Positions 51,150-59,010 of a stretch of DNA of 64,000 nt are shown here, piece by piece. The DNA lies in IMG/VR virus record IMGVR_UViG_2806310702_000001. The stretch is one strand, 5' to 3'. The notes below the pieces were generated by a model. That model was not told the origin of the DNA. It did no database searches and worked only from the letters and a program-made list of their open reading frames with translations. Each line of letters opens with the position of its first letter. Position 1 is the first letter of the stretch. This DNA comes from an uncultured virus (IMG/VR IMGVR_UViG_2806310702_000001). Its lineage: Duplodnaviria; Heunggongvirae; Uroviricota; Caudoviricetes. Position numbers and translations under genes: made by a program.

Positions 51150-51208
51150 AATAATAATATAACAATTGATCTACTCTCTTTATATAAAAACTTGATTTTA
51201 TAACCAAC

Positions 51209-51269
51209 GAAATTAAATTAAATTATTTTAAAAATAACTGTTGACAAATAAAAATAAACATGGTAATAT
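51209..51269 (+). promoter_or_regulatory. sigA promoter with upstream box
   Basis: Box 51209, TTGACA 51241, 17 bp, TGnTAATAT. Confidence 0.75.
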
Positions 51270-51333
51270 ATACTTGTAGCAACAAGGAAGCACAAAAATA
51301 ACAAAAACAATACATATAAGGAGATACAAAACT

Positions 51334-51501
51334 ATGAAAACTTTAAAATGCATTAAAAGTACAGAAGGATTTATAATAGGAAAGGAATACAAAAGCTTAG
51401 GATCAGATGAGTTTGGCTTTGGTCAAAGAATTATCAATGATAATAATGAGGAAATAGTTATGAACCTAGATAGTGTTAAAGAGTATTTTCAAGAAATGTA
51501 G
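51334..51501 (+). CDS. Small hypothetical protein (55 aa)
   Basis: AAGGAG RBS; MKTLKCIKS... Confidence 0.6.
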   Translation: MKTLKCIKSTEGFIIGKEYKSLGSDEFGFGQRIINDNNEEIVMNLDSVKEYFQEM

Positions 51502-51586
51502 TCAATCTGAAAATAAATATATTTTTCAAGAGTCACAAAATTAAATTAAATAAAAAACAATATATGAAAGGTAAAGGTGAATTAAT

Positions 51587-52213
51587 ATGACAAACATAAA
51601 AAAATTATCAAACAAAGAAATAAGAAAAGCTGATGAGTTTACAAAAGCAATATTTAATGGAGATGAAAATCTATTAGGAAGTTTATTAGGAGTTAAACCA
51701 ATGGTATTGGGAGATCAAGAAAGTATCTTCTTACGTAACAATTGGGGCGATTTATCCAAATATATAGAAAAATTATCAACAAAGGTTGAAGAAAATAAAT
51801 TACATAAACAAGAAATTATTAAAGAAAAGGAATATCAACCACAAGTAGGAGATGAAGTTCTAATATTAGATAGTCCTGAAGGTATTAAGAATGTAAAAGG
51901 AACTATAGTTGATGAAGTTAAAGGAACTGAACAATTCTTAATCAAACTAAGCGAATTAAATGCATTATATGTAGATAAAGATAAAGTACAAGTTGTTAAG
52001 AAAAAACAAAATGTCGAAGAGATAAACAAGTTAAAAGATAAAATTCAAAAATTGAAAGATTGTAAAGATATTCTTATAGATGAAATACAGTGTGTAACAA
52101 AGCAAATTAAAGATTTAGAAGATAATAAAATAAATATCCAACAAGAACTTAAGCAGACTACTACAAAATTGGAACAATGTAAACAACAATTAGAACAAAT
52201 AGAAAGTAGATAA
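51587..52213 (+). CDS. KOW/SH3-like + coiled-coil protein
   Basis: QVGDEVLILD...GTIV; heptad-rich C-terminus. Confidence 0.65.
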   Translation: MTNIKKLSNKEIRKADEFTKAIFNGDENLLGSLLGVKPMVLGDQESIFLRNNWGDLSKYIEKLSTKVEENKLHKQEIIKEKEYQPQVGDEVLILDSPEGIKNVKGTIVDEVKGTEQFLIKLSELNALYVDKDKVQVVKKKQNVEEINKLKDKIQKLKDCKDILIDEIQCVTKQIKDLEDNKINIQQELKQTTTKLEQCKQQLEQIESR

Positions 52214-52214
52214 T

Positions 52215-52436
52215 ATGAAATTTAAAACTGGAGATTTAGTATTAGTTAAAAATGTAGGTGTGGATCATCTAAAACAATATAAAAATATGTGTGGTGAGAT
52301 TATAAGTTGGATTAAAACTAAAAGCGAAGTTAAATATAAAGTTAGAATATATAATTCAAATGATTGGGAAACTGCTTATTTTAAGCAAAATGAATTGGAA
52401 TTATTAGATACTAAAGGAGATGATAAAAATATATAG
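52215..52436 (+). CDS. Small KOW/SH3-like protein
   Basis: KFKTGDLVLV...GEI...F..NELE. Confidence 0.65.
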   Translation: MKFKTGDLVLVKNVGVDHLKQYKNMCGEIISWIKTKSEVKYKVRIYNSNDWETAYFKQNELELLDTKGDDKNI

Positions 52437-52770
52437 TGATACTGTAGAATGTCCTTATTGTGGATATAAGAATAACATGACAGACGCATTATGTGACGGA
52501 TTGGGTGATGACAATACTTTAGATTGGGAATGTGAGAATGAGAATTGTGGTAAAGAGTTTGAGATATACGTTGAGTTTGAGCCTACATATAATGCTAAAA
52601 AGATAGAATATGTAAAATGTGATTCATGTGGTAGAGCTATAAGGGATAGCGAAGCATCTATATATGGGAGAACTAATCCATTTCCTCAAAGATTTAAAAC
52701 AGAAGGTCTAAAATTATGTCATAGGTGCTATTGTAGAGAAATGGTTAGAGAATTAGAAGGAGATGATTAG
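52420..52770 (+). CDS. Cys-rich zinc-finger protein
   Basis: CPYC, CxxxxC, CDSC, CHRC. Confidence 0.7.
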   Translation: MIKIYSDTVECPYCGYKNNMTDALCDGLGDDNTLDWECENENCGKEFEIYVEFEPTYNAKKIEYVKCDSCGRAIRDSEASIYGRTNPFPQRFKTEGLKLCHRCYCREMVRELEGDD

Positions 52771-53076
52771 ATGGTTAAGAAATACCTATTATTGTGCAAC
52801 AGACATAACAGTATATATGGAGATAATTGGTGTTTGTTTTGGGGCCGTAGAGAGGACAAGGCAGGTTATACATCTGATGTAAGAATAGCTCATAGATTCA
52901 ACGAAGAAGAAATTCAAGGATATAAAGGTGGAACAGATGATATACCCATACCTATAGATGAGTTAGGATTATCTGAATACTATGTGAACGAAGAAGACTA
53001 TAACGAAAATATTAGAGTTATGATTGAAAAGGAGGTTTTGAATAAGATATTGGGATTAAATTTAAAAACATTATAA
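52771..53076 (+). CDS. Hypothetical phage protein
   Basis: 101 aa, directly abuts the previous gene. Confidence 0.7.
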   Translation: MVKKYLLLCNRHNSIYGDNWCLFWGRREDKAGYTSDVRIAHRFNEEEIQGYKGGTDDIPIPIDELGLSEYYVNEEDYNENIRVMIEKEVLNKILGLNLKTL

Positions 53077-53109
53077 GTTATTTAAAATATGTAAAAATAC
53101 GGAGGGAGT

Positions 53110-53301
53110 ATGAGGTATTGGAATGTAGTTAAAAGAGAAGTGAAAACCAACGAATATGTAAAAATAGTTAAATCATATCCTTGCTTTGGAAGGACAGATA
53201 TTGATATAAAATATAAAGCAGAATCTAAAACGAGGCTTCTAAATTTATTAAGATATATAAATAATAAATATTATTATGTAGTAGAATTTGATTTTGAATA
53301 G
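53110..53301 (+). CDS. Hypothetical protein
   Basis: 63 aa, GGAGGG RBS. Confidence 0.55.
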   Translation: MRYWNVVKREVKTNEYVKIVKSYPCFGRTDIDIKYKAESKTRLLNLLRYINNKYYYVVEFDFE

Positions 53302-53315
53302 ATTATAAAAAGAAG

Positions 53316-53564
53316 GTGAAGTCAATGGATGAATGGGCTTTGTTAAAATGTTTAAAATGTGATTTCCCATTTATAGTACATTCCAAAGAATATATAGCAG
53401 TTATAAATAGTAATTATCCATTTATGTATTGTCCTAAATGTGGTAAAGAGAATAATGTAAGCAAAGATTGTTTTCAAGAACATATAGAATTACCATTAAC
53501 AGTTAAAAAGGTAATGAAATATGTAGTTAGTAAGAAATCATATAAGAAAGAAATGAGGGGCTAA
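53316..53564 (+). CDS. Zinc-ribbon protein
   Basis: CLKC...CPKC. Confidence 0.6.
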   Translation: MKSMDEWALLKCLKCDFPFIVHSKEYIAVINSNYPFMYCPKCGKENNVSKDCFQEHIELPLTVKKVMKYVVSKKSYKKEMRG

Positions 53565-53566
53565 TT

Positions 53567-53767
53567 ATGATGAAAGCAACGCCAAAGTTTAATAAAGATT
53601 CATCGAAATGGATAATTGATATTGAGACAGAAGAAGGCGAAATTTTGCCTGTAGGAACAATGATAGATGATAAGATAGGAATGTATATAGTTTCAGAATG
53701 GAACACTAAAAAACTAGCAGAAGAATGGATTAAGACAAAGCCTAAAATATTAACCTTGGGATATTAG
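53567..53767 (+). CDS. Hypothetical protein
   Basis: 66 aa, GAGGGG RBS. Confidence 0.6.
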   Translation: MMKATPKFNKDSSKWIIDIETEEGEILPVGTMIDDKIGMYIVSEWNTKKLAEEWIKTKPKILTLGY

Positions 53768-53812
53768 TTCTCAAAAATAAAATTAAATTATAATGTTTAA
53801 AGGTGGTGTAAA

Positions 53813-53911
53813 ATGAATTTTACCCGAGTTTTATTGGACTTATTTCTAGGATTTTCAATTGGATCGATACTAGCGTTTATAATAGCAATACATATTAAAT
53901 CACAAAAATAG
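53813..53911 (+). CDS. Small single-TM peptide (32 aa)
   Basis: AAGGTGG RBS; MNFTRVLLDLFLGFSIGSILAFIIAIHIKSQK. Confidence 0.45.
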   Translation: MNFTRVLLDLFLGFSIGSILAFIIAIHIKSQK

Positions 53912-53937
53912 TAGATTGTGAAGGAGGAGTGATTAGG

Positions 53938-54087
53938 ATGTTAGAAGAAATGGAAATAGAAGCAATAAAAAATTTACTGATTAAAAAAGGAATAATAACA
54001 GAGAAAGAAATTAAAGATGAGTATGACAGTATTTTAAGAAAAAGATGGGAAGATAATGAAGATGGTAGATTTCGTCACACATATTAA
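53938..54087 (+). CDS. Small hypothetical protein (49 aa)
   Basis: AAGGAGG RBS; LLIKKGIITEKE. Confidence 0.55.
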   Translation: MLEEMEIEAIKNLLIKKGIITEKEIKDEYDSILRKRWEDNEDGRFRHTY

Positions 54088-54154
54088 AGTTCGTTCGCAA
54101 AAATAAAGGTTACAGAGATAGTAGATTGGTGAAATAAGAAAGGAGATAGATTAT

Positions 54155-54418
54155 ATGAAAAATAAAATATTAACGTTATTAATCGGAGCAATAATAGGTG
54201 GGGCGGTGAGTTGTTTAGCAGTAAAGGCAGACACAAAGCCTAAAACTGATTATGAAACAGCAATTGAACAGATTAACAAAGCAAATGACACAATGTGGAC
54301 AGATAGCGTAAATGCTCATACGAATATGGCTTCATCATATTTGTTGAAAGGGATTTATGAAGAACAAAAGAAACAAACGGATATATTACAAAAAATATTG
54401 GTTAATTGGCAAAAATAA
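54155..54418 (+). CDS. Small secreted or membrane-anchored protein
   Basis: Signal-like N-terminus ending AVKA; AAGGAG RBS. Confidence 0.65.
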   Translation: MKNKILTLLIGAIIGGAVSCLAVKADTKPKTDYETAIEQINKANDTMWTDSVNAHTNMASSYLLKGIYEEQKKQTDILQKILVNWQK

Positions 54419-54493
54419 AGGGCTACACGCAACAAAGAGTAATTCATAAAACAATGCTTTTATTGAAATATACAACATAGGGGATTCTATATC

Positions 54494-54586
54494 CCCAACT
54501 CTTAATGCAACTTTATATTAATATCCACGTTGGTTCGTAGAGATATAATATAGAACGGTCACAAGTCCGTATAAATGCAGAGTGGG
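54494..54586 (+). ncRNA. Candidate structured RNA
   Basis: Closing stem CCCAACTC..TGCA..TTTATA / TATAAA-TGCA-GAGTGGG enclosing two hairpins; non-coding gap. Confidence 0.35.
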
Positions 54587-54883
54587 AGTAAAAAATATTA
54601 AAAAATGCAAGTAATTCAAAAACAATGGATCAAAGAAATGGAGGGATAAAGGAAGTAAAAGAAGTGAAGGTCAATGTCAAATACTAAATAAGTGGCTCTA
54701 TAAATGATTTTAAACACTTTAAAGTTGAAAAAATGTATTTTATCAATACAAACGATTCTATGGCGATATTTACAAAAATCACGAATTTTGATAAAATACA
54801 ATTGCTAGAACCATTGATTTATAAGGGTTTCAGAGGTTCAAAATCACTATAAAAGTGCAATTTTATGTAAAGTAAAATATAGC

Positions 54884-54942
54884 AAAATTAAGTTAAAATA
54901 TTTAAAAAAGTAGTTGACAAAAATAACAATAGATGATATACT
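54884..54942 (+). promoter_or_regulatory. sigA promoter with upstream box, heading the replication region
   Basis: AAAATTAAGTTAAA 54884, TTGACA 54914, 17 bp, TGnTATACT. Confidence 0.8.
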
Positions 54943-55015
54943 AGTAAATGTAGTAAGGAGTTGGAAACAAAACAAAAGCTTATTACAAAATTAAATTAAG
55001 AAGGGAGGTTAAAAC

Positions 55016-55579
55016 ATGAAAGAAAATCTCAATATATTCAAATCAGAAATTGAAGCAATTAAGGATATAAGCATTAAGCAATTTACAATTAAAGCATTAG
55101 AAAGTTTGCCAGAATATTTTTGGGAAGTACCTGCAAGTTCTACTGGTAAATATCATCCTCAATATGCATTAGGTGAAGGTGGATTAGCGAGACACACAAA
55201 AGGAGCTGTAAAAATCGCATTAGAATTATTCAATAATCATACAGTTCAAGATTTCACATCAATTCAAAAAGATATGATCATAAGTGCCTTACTATTACAC
55301 GATGGATGTAAAAGTGGAATAGAACAATCAAGATACACACAAACAGAACATCCATTAATAGTTGCAGATTACATATATAAGAATGATGAGATTAATAAAT
55401 TGATAAAACAAGAAATTCTGGAACAAATCCTCAAGGCAATAAGAAGTCATATGGGTGAATGGAATAAGGATTATAAGACTAAAAGGGAAGTATTACCAAA
55501 ACCCAAAACTAGAATGGAAAGATTTGTTCATATGTGTGATTATTTGGCTAGTAGAAAAAGTATAAACATAGAATTTTAA
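55016..55579 (+). CDS. HD-domain phosphohydrolase
   Basis: PASSTGKYHP, GGLARHT, LLLHDGCK, SHMG, HMCDYLAS. Confidence 0.85.
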   Translation: MKENLNIFKSEIEAIKDISIKQFTIKALESLPEYFWEVPASSTGKYHPQYALGEGGLARHTKGAVKIALELFNNHTVQDFTSIQKDMIISALLLHDGCKSGIEQSRYTQTEHPLIVADYIYKNDEINKLIKQEILEQILKAIRSHMGEWNKDYKTKREVLPKPKTRMERFVHMCDYLASRKSINIEF

Positions 55580-55780
55580 AGGATTATTAGCAAGTGTGGG
55601 TTAAATATAAACTGGCACTTGCCCAATATAAAATAGTGAATACAAAAATAAATTAAATACAGAAAGAAGTGATTAATTGAAATTTAAAAAAGGTTGTAAA
55701 AAACCAATCAAAAGAGTAAGATCGCCTACATTTATTAAGAATCACGATAAAATTGAATCAATAGAAGGGAGGAATTAAAC

Positions 55781-56014
55781 TTGAATAATAAAGAAAGCAA
55801 AGTAATTGTAACTGATAAAACTCAACTAATCTATTTAACTTCAAAAGGTATTAAACCAAACGATGTGAATAGAGTTGGAAATCAAGTGCAAGTTACATAT
55901 AATTATGATGAATATTTTAAAAAAGCCAATTTAGATTTTATGACAGATAGTCAATTTAAGGATTACAGAATGGCTGAAAAAACAGTAGAACAGTTATTAA
56001 GAACTACAATTTAA
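55781..56014 (+). CDS. Hypothetical protein
   Basis: 77 aa, GGGAGG RBS, TTG start. Confidence 0.6.
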   Translation: MNNKESKVIVTDKTQLIYLTSKGIKPNDVNRVGNQVQVTYNYDEYFKKANLDFMTDSQFKDYRMAEKTVEQLLRTTI

Positions 56015-56025
56015 TATAAAAGAAT

Positions 56026-56133
56026 AAACAAATTAAAATTAGAATTAAAAATTAGAATTTCTCTTTAATAATAAAAAATTATAAAAAAAATATTCCAATG
56101 AGACTTAAAAATTAGGAGGAATTTAATATGGCA
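56026..56133 (+). repeat. 108-bp direct repeat, copy 1 (leader, RBS, first two codons)
   Basis: One mismatch to 57417-57524. Confidence 0.95.
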
Positions 56134-57354
56134 AAGAATAATGAAAGAGTACAAGTAAAAAAAGGAACAGCAAAATTTAATTTAGTGGGAACTGCTTCAG
56201 TTAATGATTATACTTTTAAAATCGATGTACCAAGTCAAAAATCAGATTGGGTATACAACCAAATGAATTTATCTATTGATTGTGGAGATGATGGAAAAAT
56301 ATATGCTGATATGATGGGTGGTTATGGATCAGAAAGACAAAATGTAGTATATGTACATGGTAAAAAAGAAAATGGTCAAGATGATTTTAAAAACTTCTTT
56401 ACATTAGATTGGGATGATAGAAACGATGAAACTATATTAGAATCTGTCGGTGATATGTGCTTTATAACTGTAGGATTAGAAAAAGATATAAATAATAAAA
56501 CAGTTTATAAAAAGTTTGTTTCTCAATATGATGCAATACAATATATAAATGATAATTTAACAGATGGAATGGTTGTTAATGTTAAAGGAAATCTTACATA
56601 TTCAATATATAACGACAATGTGCAGGTAAAGAAAGATATAACTAGTATATGTTTATCAGAAGCCACAGAGGATAAGTTTAAAGCTACATTTACTCAAATG
56701 TTATTGTTAGACAGTGATAGCGTTGGAAAAGTAGATAAAGAAACGTTAACAATACCTATTTATGCAAGAGTAGTTGATTACGTAAAAGAATATGATGGAA
56801 AGCTAGTTAAAACGATGTTACCACTTGCTAAAACATTTAGCGTAAAAATAAGTAAAGAAACAATTGAGAAAACTAATAAAATGTTAAAGCATTTTAAAGC
56901 TAAAAAAGGTACAATTACCGCATTAACAATTGATGGTAGATTTTCAAGAGGCGAAATTAACACTGTTACTACATCAGAAGATGATATTCCAGATGATATA
57001 AAAGATTTGATAGAATTAGGATTTATAGAAAAAGACGAAGTATTAAACAAAATGGCTTTAGCCAATGGAGGAGGAAACAAACCAGAACAAATGATTATAA
57101 CAAACCCTCATATCAAATTTACAGGCGAAGATACTAAAATGCCCATGATAGACAAGCTAACAGAAGCATATAGCGAAGATGATTTAAATATCTCTTTGAT
57201 AATAGAAAGTAAATCAAAAGGAAATCAAAGACAAGAGAATGATGAAGTCGAAAAGAATATAGATAAGTCCGAAGAAAAAATAGCAAACCAAACAAACGAT
57301 GTAATAGAGGAGTCAGAAGACAACGACGATGATTGGCTAAATGCTTTAGATTAA
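56128..57354 (+). CDS. Probable ssDNA-binding protein (SPbeta YorF-like position)
   Basis: Beta-rich, acidic tail DDDWLNALD, first gene of the replisome cluster. Confidence 0.55.
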   Translation: MAKNNERVQVKKGTAKFNLVGTASVNDYTFKIDVPSQKSDWVYNQMNLSIDCGDDGKIYADMMGGYGSERQNVVYVHGKKENGQDDFKNFFTLDWDDRNDETILESVGDMCFITVGLEKDINNKTVYKKFVSQYDAIQYINDNLTDGMVVNVKGNLTYSIYNDNVQVKKDITSICLSEATEDKFKATFTQMLLLDSDSVGKVDKETLTIPIYARVVDYVKEYDGKLVKTMLPLAKTFSVKISKETIEKTNKMLKHFKAKKGTITALTIDGRFSRGEINTVTTSEDDIPDDIKDLIELGFIEKDEVLNKMALANGGGNKPEQMIITNPHIKFTGEDTKMPMIDKLTEAYSEDDLNISLIIESKSKGNQRQENDEVEKNIDKSEEKIANQTNDVIEESEDNDDDWLNALD

Positions 57355-57416
57355 TAAACATAAAATAAATTAAATATCGTAGAGGGTTATATATTCTATG
57401 ATCCTCTACCTTATAA

Positions 57417-57524
57417 AAACAAATTAAAATTAGAATTAAAAATTAGAATTTCTCTTTAATAATAAAAAATTATAAAAAAAATAGTCCAATGAGACTTAAA
57501 AATTAGGAGGAATTTAATATGGCA
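57417..57524 (+). repeat. 108-bp direct repeat, copy 2
   Basis: One mismatch to 56026-56133. Confidence 0.95.
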
Positions 57525-58493
57525 TTTAGAAAACCAAGAGAAAATAAAATAGGTGGAAAATTCTTAGTAGAAGGACTTACTCATGAAGGAAAATCATGGT
57601 TTGGTCTTACATTCCCTAAAATTGGGGCTATTGATAGCGAAGCAGGTTTAGCATTTGAAGAAGGTAAGGATATTGAAATAAACGGTAAAAAATATAATAA
57701 CTTAAAATTCGTTGATACTACTAGTGATTTAGACACTTTAGAAGAAGACTTAGATGCTATCATGGACGGAGAAATTGAAATAGAAACATTATTAATAGAT
57801 TCAGAAACTAAATTTTATAATACAATTGACATTGGAGCAACAGAGGTTGAAGAAAGAAAAGCTAGAGCAAATGGAAAAAACTTAGATGCTAGAAGCAAAT
57901 GGGGAAGAGTGAAGAATATAGTTATGAAATTACAACAGGCAAAAATAACCTTATCTGCACAAGGTAAACATGTTGTATCAACTGCACAGGCTAAAGAAAT
58001 TACAGATGATAAAACTCAAAAGGTGATAGGATATAAACCAGATGTTCACAAGTCTTTGCCTTTTGATTACGATGTGATTTTGAGATTCTTTGCTGAAACT
58101 GATAAAAAAACAAATGAAAGAAAGTTTTATGCAGAAGTTTTAAAAGATAGAACTCATGTAACTAAGGTAGGAGATATTATCGAAAATTGCACATATGATG
58201 TTTGGAAACCTTATTTCGATAAAAGAAATCAGTCAGGTTCTAAATTAGAAACAAACTTTTCAAAAGACCTTAATAATTCTATATCAGGCGTTCTAAATAG
58301 AGCAGAACAATCAGAACAACTAGCTAAAGAATTTAGAAAACTTGTAACATCAGAAGAATTAAAAGGAGAAAGTGAGAAACAGCAATTAATTAAAAACAAA
58401 TTGAAAGAATTAAAAATAGAAGTTAAGAACATAGAGCTTACAGATTCAAAGATTTTACAAGAATTAATATCTTATATAAAAACTTTAATATAA
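57519..58493 (+). CDS. RecA-fold ATPase, AAA_24/Sak4-like
   Basis: GLTHEGKS, IDSEAG, LLIDS, YDYDV, KDRT. Confidence 0.75.
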   Translation: MAFRKPRENKIGGKFLVEGLTHEGKSWFGLTFPKIGAIDSEAGLAFEEGKDIEINGKKYNNLKFVDTTSDLDTLEEDLDAIMDGEIEIETLLIDSETKFYNTIDIGATEVEERKARANGKNLDARSKWGRVKNIVMKLQQAKITLSAQGKHVVSTAQAKEITDDKTQKVIGYKPDVHKSLPFDYDVILRFFAETDKKTNERKFYAEVLKDRTHVTKVGDIIENCTYDVWKPYFDKRNQSGSKLETNFSKDLNNSISGVLNRAEQSEQLAKEFRKLVTSEELKGESEKQQLIKNKLKELKIEVKNIELTDSKILQELISYIKTLI

Positions 58494-58499
58494 AATTTA

Positions 58500-58525
58500 A
58501 TAGGGAAGAAATGTTTCTTCCCTAT
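58500..58525 (+). terminator. Stem-loop
   Basis: ATAGGGAAGAAA / TTTCTTCCCTAT then GGTTTT. Confidence 0.6.
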
Positions 58526-58551
58526 GGTTTTAATATGAAAGAGGTGTTGGT

Positions 58552-58998
58552 ATGGATAAAAAGATTGAATATCAGAAGTTTCTTGAATTATGCGATTATG
58601 TTCACAGAGAAATATTAGAATATGGCAAAGATATTAAATTTCCAAAACATTTAGCCTTAAGATTGAGGGGGTTACATAAAGGACAATTTATAGCCCAAAA
58701 TAACTCTAAACCATTAGCTAATTATGATTATGATACGATATTATTAACATTTAAAATATGCAAGTTTGATATATTGTCTAAAATTAGACAAAAGGACAAC
58801 TTTCAACATGAAAAACATAGAATCAATTATATGATGGTTATTATTGAAGATAAAATTAACGACGTTGTATTAAGAATAGAAAAGAATAAAAAAGCTAAAC
58901 AAAAATCCGAATTAATAGAAATATATGATGATAACGGTGCTGAATACAAGACAAAAACTAAAGAGATTAAAAGTAGTATAATTAATAATTTATGGTAA
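58552..58998 (+). CDS. Hypothetical replication-cluster protein
   Basis: 148 aa between the ATPase and the helicase. Confidence 0.7.
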   Translation: MDKKIEYQKFLELCDYVHREILEYGKDIKFPKHLALRLRGLHKGQFIAQNNSKPLANYDYDTILLTFKICKFDILSKIRQKDNFQHEKHRINYMMVIIEDKINDVVLRIEKNKKAKQKSELIEIYDDNGAEYKTKTKEIKSSIINNLW

Positions 58999-59010
58999 AG
59001 GAGGCTTTAA

